Source: Lytechinus pictus (Eukaryota). From it: a stretch of DNA of 64,000 nt. The notes beneath the pieces are model-generated. The model was not told where the DNA came from and did not search any database. It saw only the letters and a list, made by a program, of their open reading frames with translations. This document shows positions 42,001 through 54,000 of this stretch, piece after piece (the first letter of the stretch is position 1; every line of letters starts with the position of its first letter). A program made the translations under genes and the position numbers. The DNA lies in contig NC_087246.1 in the NCBI RefSeq assembly GCF_037042905.1, forward strand, positions 12,834,001-12,898,000, read 5' to 3'.

Positions 42001-45000
42001 AAAAGTTTTACTCTAAGATAGACTCATAAGCATCAATAGCGCTGCTGACACTTGTTTCATTGGAATACAGAAATGCATAAAATGTAACTGGAATCTGATA
42101 GAATTTGGTCAAATTCTTGAGTGCCAGCACAATGGACACAGGCCAATTAAAAATGGGCTTTTATGAGGAGCTTACTTGCGTGGTGTTGACATCAAAGCGA
42201 GCATTGAGAATGGGAAAGGATTCTTGAATAACAAGCTGCAACAGAAGACCATTTAGTTCTGCAAATAACCAATGAAAACAAAATAAAGGAATATTTGCAT
42301 GGAACTATGATGATGGAATTGTGTGAAATGTATGTAAAATGAACATTCCTCAAATCTACACTCGGTAAAATAGATTCCAAGAGACAAGGTATGATAAATA
42401 ATCTGAAAGAAAAAATGTCCATGTCCAAAACATCTCATCGCATACTCACACCAAATCAAATGGAAATTAGACCAACTGGTTCTGGAACAAATAGCTATTA
42501 TACATAGTTTGGGAAATAATTATAATGTAAGGCCACTTTCCTCCTAAGCTCCTATATGGTATGGTCTAATAAATTATTTCTCAAGTTGTATAGAGTAAAC
42601 AATATAGTTATCATATGTCAACAAGGCCATAGGCTATTAAAGAGATATATAATTTTCATGAGAGAAATTCCACATCTGTGAATACAAATTTTACGGAATT
42701 TGACAAGTAGCAAGCATGATGTGTTATATGATGGTAAACTTCTTGCAATGCTCAACAAGTAATTGAGTATATGAATATAAAAAAGGCCCAAGTCCATAGG
42801 AGGTAATTTCAAGAAAATAAAAAAAAACGGATATTTTTTTAATTTGGGCAATTAAAGTATATTTGGCCAAATGATATCAGAGAACATCATGAAACAAATT
42901 TAAGTGTACATGAACATTTATATTCACGTTACTTGCGGGCGGGGAATTTTTTCTGGTGGATTGGGTCATTTTTAGAATCATTCTTACATTCATATACATG
43001 GTAGACTTCTGTAGTAAGTAGTAGAAGTAATGAGAGCGGGCACTATGATATGAATGTAAGAAAAGCCCAAGTCCTGGACTTGGGCTTTTTTTACACTCAT
43101 ACCAGATTTTCCTCCTTTATTTAAGGCATTTCTGAGATGACTTCAGATTTATCATTTATACACAAGATGAGTCATTTTATAAGGAACAATTTCCCATATT
43201 TAACTCAATTTCGCCAAAATTGGACTTGGGCCGTTTTTATATTCAGATACTCAATTCATATTAAGATGATCCATCAGACTTGATGTGCAAACATTATGAC
43301 ATCACAATGGCAGTCCAAATCATAAGCAATGCAGGTGTCACACCAACTCATGCTTGTATCATTTCTATAACTTAAAACATCTGCCGTTTCATCTTATGGG
43401 ATAAACATGGGTACAGATATTGTTGCAATATACAATGGTCATTATGTTTTATAACCATATAATGAATTCGTCTCTGTTTTCACGAAGTGACGGATACAGG
43501 GAAAATCCCATTATTTTTCAATTTCGAGTTATTTGCATTTTTAGACATCTATGACTAAAAAGTTTCAGATCACAAAAATGTCTAATTACGTTGCTATGAC
43601 GACATGACATTCAACAAAATACCGGGTAAAAGGATTTCTTGTTTTCACGAAGTGACGGATATGTACGCACATTCAGCCGTCACTTCGTGGAAATCAACGA
43701 ATGCAGTTGTCGCTGATGTTTTTTTTCACGAAACGACGGATGAGGCCTGGCGCGAAGTCAGTGACAATTCGTCACTTCGTGAAAACCGTCGCCTGACTTT
43801 CGGTGCAAATGATTTGGTTACGAAGTGGCGGGAACGAGTTTCGAACAGCTTAGAATGGTCAGAGATCGTGAAATGGTGAGTTTTTTTTAATATAAGAAAG
43901 TAAAGAAATGTGATGCACCCTTTTAAGTCTTTCTGATTATTTTTAATGACCTTTTCAACCTTTGATTAACGTCTCTGTGCGCAAAAACCTGAATATAATA
44001 CAGTCGCTCTATACATTGTCCCATGTACTTATTTTTTTGTAAGTGAGATTGAGAATGGGGTGAAGGAGACTTCTGCCGTGTCACAAAAAAGAAACACCGT
44101 AACTTATTTTACACTAACAGGAATAAGAACATTTTCAGACACAGATCACGGCTAAAAGTGGATTGAGTTGGGGATTTAGATCTATGACTAATACAGATGA
44201 AATTATATTTCTAAAATAGGCTATTTAGAGTGTCAGTCTTAAAATTAAAAGGCAGGCTCTCGTAATTTGTTCCTCTCACTCAGTCACAGCTCGGACTCTT
44301 CATTCTCTCTCTGCCACAGGAGTGTCACTCTCAAAAAGAGTAGAACTATTAAGAATGAATGATAAGAAGCCCCCCCCCCAAAAAAAAAACAGTCAACATC
44401 TTTAATGTTAGGCCTACTGTAGTGTAACTCTAAAGTATAATTTAATGTGAGGGCCATTTAAAATGTCCAAGCCAGGAGGATGTGCACTAACTCATGAAAA
44501 TTTAGTTTGTTGGCGTTGCTTTTCCCCAGCCTCCTCTCTCTGTTACGAATCTTAAATCAGTGTAGGTGTTGGACGCAAGAGTAAGATTTGTTTAGCCTCA
44601 TTTGCTGGTGACTGGTGTTAGTAAATCAATAACTGTAGAGTCTATGGGAGGAAGAGGCTTGTGTCGGCACAACCAACAGTGACATTCATTTGAAATCGAC
44701 GAGCCTATTTTTTTTACATAGGGCTAGCACCAGGAGCTTCCTATATATTTGTGTTTTATGGGGGGGGGGGGGTCTCCTGTTACGATCCATAGATGATTTA
44801 GAGTGTGATTCAAAATTGAATTAAGAACAATGCATTTTCGCAAGAAAAAAAAAAACAATGGTGTGAAGAAAGAGGTTCGATGCATGCACTTGGGAGGGGG
44901 GTAGTTTGAATGCTGGATTTTTAAGGGCATGTGAACAGAAATACATGAAATAAACATTTTCTCATTTTTTCACTGATTATATCATTGTAGAATGAATGGT

Positions 45001-48000
45001 GGAGTTGTATGTCATATTCAAATTTTTATGACAACCCTTGACTAATCACAAATAATTAAGTTCATTAATCTAGATTGAAAAATCATCGAATTGTTATTAG
45101 AGATTTTGACTTTGGATTATATATTATAAAGGTCTTAAAATTGTGTAATCACTTCAAAGAGCCGTGCAGGCAAGCACCTTATTAGGTGATAAACATGTAA
45201 TATTTTACATAAAATAGAAGAATGTTTTTGAAAAAAAAGTGTACCTCAGGTTTGGTGATTATGATGAAGGTCTTCTTGTGCTTCCATTTCTTTTTCAGAT
45301 ACAGTAGATAAAATTAGCATTTCCATCATATTTCTGCTATTGGTACACAATGCCGCTGGCCAGAGAAAAATGCAGGTAAGAGTTTTCATCATGCAATAAT
45401 TCCACACATTATGACAACCTGTTGGTGTTCTGCCAACCATTGATTCTCCTTTTTCTTCCCATAATTACAGACTGCCGTTGGCATATTATCATATTAGTTT
45501 TTGCTTTTCAAGTGCCCAAATGAAAATTGCCAGTAGAGCTACAAAACCTTTGTGGCTAAAACAAGCTTTAACAAAGCCTCCTTTGCTGAAACTCCTGCTT
45601 AACCACTTGACTGCGTAGCACGTAATATTACGTGCTGGGCGAGCGTACGATCTGTGCGAGGCACGTAATATTACGTGCTTGACCTATCTTCTGTTTGAGG
45701 CGTCAGCACCGCGCTGTTAAAGCCCCTACAATGAAAACAGCGTGTGTATATCAAATTTCTGACTATGGACGCCAGATGGCGCCATTCCAAAAAAGTTATC
45801 AAAACTTTTGCAGTGATTTATAAATGTTTGTATTCACTCTGCCATAGTGAAAGTGTACGACGCTCAGTTCAAAATGGCGACTCGCAGTGGAGAAGTGAAT
45901 CAGAAGGATTTTGAAGAAACTTTTGACAATAGGAGTGATAAATTTAGTGAAAGATCTGGGTCAGAAGGGGAGGATGATTTTATTAATGGATGTTGGAAAT
46001 AGTGATGAGGAAAGTGATGTGATTATTTATAATTTTTTTCCCCCAAGTTGCTGTCGGTTGTAGTCCCAAATAGATCTAACTTGTTAGTCCCATTCAGTAG
46101 CACCAGGGGGGTCAGTGCGCAGTACAGCCTATAGCAGTCAAGTGGTTAAGATACTTGACCTGCTACATTTTGTACATGTATTCTGACTAACTTCTACAAT
46201 TACTATCAATAGTTCATCTGTTACAATAATATTGAATTGTACAGTAACAAGAGAGTATAAATTTAGAGTGTTATCTTTTAGCAGCTAACTTGGACCTGAA
46301 AATGTTTCTGATTTTGCAGGAATGAAATAGGCCTATGTTTAAATGGAATATTTGTTGTAAAAATATGCATGAAATATACTTTTGATATGACAAGCACCAT
46401 ACTCACTGTATGGGCAGGATTTAGTTTGATGGAGTAATTTGAAATATTGAGTCTGCTTTCCAATCTATTGACATGCAAATTTTAACATTGGAAAGCCCCC
46501 CCCCCCTCCCCGAAATAATTTTTTTTTTCAATCATTCTTCTAACTCAGATTGGATCCAGACACTGACATGCAAGTAAGATGGGTAATCGATGGTTCTCTG
46601 AACACCGTCAGAGCTGGGGATGTCACCTGGCATGGCGCCCTAAAAGTTGGTATGATGGTTACGATGGATTGGAAAGGCGTGCCCTGGTATGGGATTGTTC
46701 AGGAAGTTTACCTGGACTCATCTCCTGAGGACTGCGACTCAGACGACGAACCACTGTCTGTGCTTTTGGATAAGTCGAAAGGTATTTCATTCCCTTGTTA
46801 ACGACACTAACTTCAGAACTTATGTTAAGTCCCCTGTGAATTATTTGTGCACTTGATTGATTTGTGCATTTGTGAAATTTCACAGGATAAAAATCCACCA
46901 ATACTTTCGAGCAACAATTTTTTTTAATTTTAAATCCAAAACCATCAGATCAATTTTCGCCAGAGCAAATGTCATGGAGCCATATGTACAGCATAGAATA
47001 TTTCATACCAATTCAGCAACATATTTTAGATAGAGTTATTGCTGCTCAAAATACAAATGAATTGACAATGTCATATGGCCTTTACAGGAGTTTGGGATAA
47101 TCTTCATTGCTTTAATGTTTCGGTTTCTTAGTAAATTAAGTGGAGAATCCTATCATGCAGTATCCTCGATGGTACCCAGTAGGGCTGCCTTTATGCTATG
47201 GGGAAGAGGGGGCAGGGCCTTGCAACTATTGATTGCCATATTCTACCTAAATTTAATATATATTCACCTGTGGTCACCTGACTGCCCCCGTCAGTAACCA
47301 TGGTAGGCCCTTGGGTCCTATAAGGTTCAGCATCTATTTGCATTAAATCCTTAATAAAAAGTGTCAGTGCTACAATGATTACAAGAATTTCTTATAAAGT
47401 TGGTACTTGGACAAATGTTTGAAACATGTTTACAAGGTTCAGTTGAACACACTGTAAGTAAGAAGTGCGTATGTACCCACAGTATAGCAGACTGTGTTGT
47501 GTTTATTGGCTTAAAATACAGCGGTGCAGAAAACATTCCACTTTTTTGTACAATGAGCTAAAAGTAAAAAAAAAATTATAGAACCACTGTGTGCATCTTC
47601 CGTATTTTCATCCCAAATTAGTATTAATATTTTACATGTTTCATCTCTTAAATATATTTTTTCATCAGGAGCTCACAATGTTAGCCAATGCCTTTTAATA
47701 CCACATAACTTTTTATACTCTCAAAACTATGCTCCTTATAATAACTGTTTGGCTCCACATAAATATGACCGTTCTGTGTTTCTGTACATGTGATTAAAAG
47801 TAAACAAATTTTCTCTTTTCTCTAGGCTCCACAAGTGGGAAGTGCACTTTGCAAAGTGAACCACCAGTTCATCCAGCTCAATGTGACAACTTTTTTTGTC
47901 AGAAGGAGGTGTGGGCAGCATGTCATAGATGCCTGTGTTTCTTATGTTTTGAGCATTTTTCTTTAAGTGATGATTGTCTTTCCCACAATGTAGCATTTAA

Positions 48001-51000
48001 TTCTAATAATGTAAATGTTGAACAACTTGGAATTCTAACAGAAACAGGGTCCAAGTATAAAGAGCAGGAAGAGCAAGAGGTAAGACAGAGAATCCCTGGA
48101 GCCATGGTGCAACCTCATGAAGTTCACAGCAGCATGACTCCTCCGGACAACGATGGAATGTCACCCTTGCCTCAGTCAAGTCTCACCAGTACTCAAGAGG
48201 CTGCTGTTCAAGAGATTTCGAAGAGTCCATCTGCAGCCTCTGGTAATGTTGATACCCTGAATCCGAGAGAATGCGTGGGAAGCATTCCAGAAGACATGGC
48301 TCAACCAAGCCTTCCATCTCTGTCTTCTGTTTGTGAAAGTCATCCTTCCTCATCAAGCAGAGAAACCCTAGAAAACTCAAGAGGTAATCCACCCTTACTT
48401 CATTCCAAAGAATGTGAAGGCCAGAGCATTCCAGTAAATGTGTCTGAATCAGCAAACCAACCTCAGGATGTAGATATGGATTGCAGCGTGATAACTCTTC
48501 CCGATGAAATGCTTCAAGTGGATCCAACACCTGTGTTGGAAAGTTGCACCCAAGCTCAACCGGAGACATTTGTTGTAGATGGCTTGCCTGCAGTCCCGAT
48601 TCCAGAAACACCTACAGAATGTAAGAGTAGGAACCTACTCGTGAAAGAGTAACGGAACCGTGGGCAGTGCTACTTCACTGAAAAAAGTAAGAAGTTTGTG
48701 CCCTCTCGCAGACAATCAAGCTTTGATTGTGATTGCTTGAAATGTGATGGAAGAGGCCTTTCTTGTCAGAAGTTTAGCCAAGAAGACAGAATTGCAGTAC
48801 GGAATGCATATTTTGACCTCGGCAATTTACAGGAACAGAGGCATTGGATTGCAAGACATACAGACGTAAAAGGAGAACTTGGGAGGAAGAATCAACGGCT
48901 AAAATATTTCCTGCCAGCTCCACAAGACCAGTTCGCAAGATTTAATGTTTGCCAGATGTTTCTATCGACTCTTGGAATTACAGAGGCAAGTAAGGACTGC
49001 CACCAAGAAGAGGCTTACATGTGGCATCTTACAAGAAGACAGACGTGGGGGCAGACAATCTAAGGAGAAAGATGCCATGCTGCGAGAAGGTGTTGAAGCC
49101 CATATCAAGCGGTTTCCATGTATGGAGTCTCACTATTGCAGGTCAAAGAGTAAGTGCCAGAACCTTTCTGCAGATTTGAATTTGACCATGATGTATGAAA
49201 TGTACAAGCAGCAGCAGGAAGGTATTCTAGCATCATACTCCTTATACAGGCAAGTATTTCAAGACCTGAAGCTCAAGTTTCATAAGCCCAAGAAAGACAC
49301 CTGTAGTCTTTGCGAGACTTATCACCGTGGGACCTCAATGGAAAGGGAAAAAACAAAGATCGGTATCTCAAGCACACAGCTCAAAAGGAGAAAGTAAGAC
49401 AGCTGAAAGAAAGTGCAAAGGGAAGATCAAAAGCAGATGGTACATATGTATCGGCTGTGTTCGATCTTCAGCAAGTTATCTACTTGCCTAAATCAGCAAG
49501 ATCTGAGCTATTTTACAAGAGGCGTCTGAGCAACTTCAACTTCACTATTTTTGAACTTTCTTCCCAGTTTGCCTGTGTTATCTATCTCATGAAGGTATCA
49601 CAAGACGAGGTGCTTGTGAAGTGGCTTCCTACGTCTATAACTACTTGCAAACCCTTGACGAGAAGGGTGTCAAAGAGGTGGAACTATTTGCTGATGGCTG
49701 TGTTGGCCAAAACAAAAACAGCATCATCGCAAGTATGATGCAGTTTTTTGTGGAGCACTCATCCTCTGTCAGAGTTGTCACAATGAACTACTTTGTGACA
49801 AACCATGGACAGTCAGAGGGGGATTCAGTTCATAGTGTCATACAACGTTGTATGGACCGTGTAACTGAAATCATGATCCCAGGACAGTTAGCCAGCATCA
49901 TTCGCATGGCAAGAGTCCAACCTCGCCCATACTTTGTAAATGAAATAACATCAGAGGATATCAGGGACTGGAAGATGCTCGGTCAACAGAGTGGCATTCT
50001 TCGTGTTCGTAAATCACAAGGTGGTCAATGCATGGACTGGACTCAGATCATGGCCCTCCAGTTCACCAAGGACTCTCCAAAGGATATCAAGTTCAAGATG
50101 TCTCATTGTGATGATGTGTTTGATGCCATCACAGTGGGAGGAATCCGCCGAAATGAGGAACATGAAAGAGAACTGCCAGATCCCTTGTATAAGAATGGGC
50201 CACCAAAGGTACCGCAAGCAAAGTACCTTGATCTAGAATCATTGTGTACGGGGAATACTCCTGCTGTTTGGCATCCTGACTACAAACAATTCTACAAAAT
50301 GCTACCCCATTGAATGCAACACATATAGAAATGGCAATTGTGAGTGAGCATCGGGATTATCATCATCATTGCCGTCGTAGTCGTTTTTCATCATGATTAT
50401 CTACATTACTACAACTTATTTTCTTTCATTTTTTTGAATTCATATTTAAATTATTTGTCATGCATTCTGCTCATTTTATGTTTTAAATAATCTTAAGCAA
50501 TCCGTCCTCAGCAAGTGTTTTTATGTTTAATGTATATATCTGATTTATCATCAAAATATTTTTAGTATATTTGTGTTACCATATTGTATTATTATGCCGA
50601 AGAAAAATAAATGAATATAATCAAAGCATGTAATCTTCATTTACTTTGTTACATGTCGGGGTCCAAATGTTTTTTTGTTTCATTTTATCTCATTCTTGTT
50701 TCTTGGTTTCATTTATATTGACTTTTTATTTGGTTTCCTCTAATAATTTTTTTTTCTTTCAGGCAGTCGTGATCAGGATTTATTAGATCACAACACTGAC
50801 TTCTCTGATATCGATCTGTGCGGCACAAAATTACTATTAAGTAAACCTTTCACCATCAAAATTCTTAGTTTTGATTTTCTTATGATTTTGGCTTAGATAT
50901 AAGTCTAGTTTTTATTTTGATTTGATTTTCATTTTTGGTTTCATTTTTCTTACATTTTATTTCAGAGCCATCTATATCAAGAAGTGCCTCAACCATTATT

Positions 51001-54000
51001 GCGGGATGAGAAACTTGAGGAACCTCATTTGTTGTAGTGATCGACGTAATGATTTCGAGAAAGGAAGACTAACTTACAACAGGTCTAATATCCAGGGCCT
51101 TTTTACTGTAATAGAGAACATGTACTCTTACTGGACCATATGACTTCCACATTCTAAATTATCCTTTTTGCAGGACTAAGGTGTATTTGGTTTCATGGAA
51201 TGCTGTACAAAGATACTCATTACTGCAACTCTTGTTTTAGATATATTATTCATATATTGATGAATTTAATTAGTCAATAACTTGAGGATAATTTGATAAT
51301 GAATTAAATGACTTTTCATTAGTACTTCGATTATTGTATTCTATACCTTGTATACTACCGTTTCTGATTCTAATTAAAACATAATTGGTTTGTAGATGAT
51401 TCTGTATGATACAAAATTATATTGATTGAAAACTATAATAATAATTGATGGAAAATGATCCTTTTACATAAATTGGTTAGTTATTAATTGTGTATTGAAT
51501 CATTAGCATGTCTCCTTTAGAAGAGATAAGTGTTTTGCACTGCTAGGTTTCATAGTCTTTGAGACTGTAAAAAGATGAAATAACCTTTAATGTCAGCGGA
51601 ATTTCTGCTGACATTCTTCTCACTAAAGATGCCCAAGAGTGATGATTGAAATAGGCAACGGTGATTATTTTACTTAAATTTCATTTGTTATAAAAGATAT
51701 ACACTCATTTTACAAATGTAAATATCTATGTCAATATTGAATTTAAGAGAATAAAGCGGTTGTGATAATTCGCCAACGGCCAGTATACTTAAAATTACAT
51801 GATTTATTATAACATCTTCATGTAAACATTTCACTTTACATAAAAGTATTGTTCACAATATCATTTTGTTATTCGAGATATGAATTGTGACCTTTCAATT
51901 TTAATGAATGTTACATTGGTGCCCGAAAGTTCTGAGAAGGCAACAGATTGGAGGGGCATGCGATTGTGTGTGATCAAAACTTTTCTGTACCACTGGAAGC
52001 TGATTATTTCAGAATGTTGCAATGTAAAATTTTAATTTATGTATATTTATTTCTTGAATTTGATACTTTTTTGTCAACAAATCTGTATAGCAAAATGCTG
52101 CATTCACATGATACGATTGCCTCTAATCTTAATCAGGATGAAATGTATACTTGTTAGATATTTTCAAGTATTCTACGTAGGATATACAATTACTGAAATA
52201 ATCATATTCAGTTGATGTATTCCAGATTATTCAATTTACATGTAAATTTCACAATACAGCATTGATTATTATTGAGCTAATATTTCAAATGAATTTTCAA
52301 TTTATTGTATTCCAATGTATTTGCCACTAGCTATGCTTGTATCATATGTTATTGAATCCAAAGTGTTCTTAATATATTTCAATTATTATGTAGAGTTTAC
52401 TGAGATGTAGTTGATATCTTTAATGAATTTCTTAAGCATGATTTTTATATGTACAAAGAATCTGATCTTTTTGTCTGTTTTCCACCTCATGTTCTGTTTC
52501 CAAATATTATAAATTAAAAGTGTTCTTCCACATTTAATGTACATTGTAGAGTATTGTTATAATGCTAATATTTCAAATGAAGTTTAAATTTATTGTATTC
52601 CAATGTATTTGCCACTAACTATGCTTGTATCATATGTTATTGAATCCAAAGTGTTCTTAATATATTTCAATTATTATGTAGAGTTTACTGGGATGTAGTT
52701 GATATCTTTAATGAATTTCTTAAGCATGATTTTTTATATGTACAAAGAATCTGATCTTTTTGTCTGTTTTCCACCTCATGTTCTGTTTCCAAATATAAAT
52801 TAAGTGTTCTTCCACATTTATTTTCATCATGTGCATTCTTGAGTATTGTTTATGTACCCAGTATTTTCAATAATTTTCCCAAAAGTCACAACTCTGTAAT
52901 TTTTCATAAAGGAGACATTTCAAAGTGATGTTTTTTCAATTTCTTATGAATTCCAAATATAATTTTTTTCTTTTCAGAATTGATCATATCAAAATGCAAT
53001 AACATTTTTTTTTCATTCTACCCGAATGAAGCCCAGGAACACAGCAGAATGCATGACCATTGTGATTTTAAGGTAAACTTGAGTAGGAGGGGGTTAGGTT
53101 GGGGAGAGGTAGGTGGACGGGGGGTGGAAGGGGAGAGAGAGGAAGAGGATAGAGAGAGGGGGAGGGGTGGGAGGAGAGGGGAAGTGGGTGGTGAGAAAAA
53201 GGGAAGGGTGGAAGGAGAAAGAGAAGGGAAGTGAGTGGAGGGGGAGGGGTAGAAGGAGAAGGGAAGTGGGTGGAGAGAAAGGGGGAGGGGTGGAAGGAGA
53301 GAGAGGGGAAGTGGGTGGAGGGGGAGGGGGTGGAAGGGGAGAGGATTGGGTGGAGGGAGGGGAAGTGGGTGGAGAGAGTGGGAAAGGGGCGGAGAGAGAA
53401 GATTGTAATTTGAAATTTAATTTAATTTTGACAGCTGCTTCAGCAGATCTCTGCTTCGTTCTTTAAAATAATTAATCATCAAGGAATAATACTAAATAGT
53501 CAATTCAGCTTTGACAGAGAATACCTATAGATGGGATTTAAGAAATCTCAATTGTTTATATATATATATTTTTTTTTTTTTGGGGGGGGGCAGTGAGGCA
53601 AGTTAGTCAAAACAAACTGACGCTTGTTGGTGATGTTACTTATTCAATTCCAACGAAGTAAGTGTTCTCGAACGGTATAATTCTACTTTCTCAAACATAA
53701 AATTACAAGGAAGACAATGTGTTACATGTTGACATTATATTCATTTAATCCATAGCCTGATTGACAGATGAGTAGAGATTTCAGTGTCCTCTAAAACGTG
53801 GAGATAAAAAGAAAGTGAAAAAAATGGCCTGATTGACATATATATGAATAGAGATTTCCATATTTCAGTGTCCTCTAAAACGTAGGAGATAAAAAGAAAG
53901 TAATCCCCGGCCCCGTGCGTCTCCACGGTATTCATTGTGAAAATAAAATTATATTTGTACCAAAAGGGGAAAATGTAGGGCTAATTGATCTCACATTTGG

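Noticed and set aside
43478-43835. CRISPR-like appearance of spaced 18-bp repeats
   Set aside because: Mixed orientations, irregular spacing, eukaryotic context and no cas genes; they match the TIR and are transposon subterminal repeats.
48183-48611. 142-aa minus-strand ORF
   Set aside because: Antisense shadow of the transposase linker; no motif.
52980-53466. Gly/Glu/Arg-rich ORFs
   Set aside because: Low-complexity purine tract.
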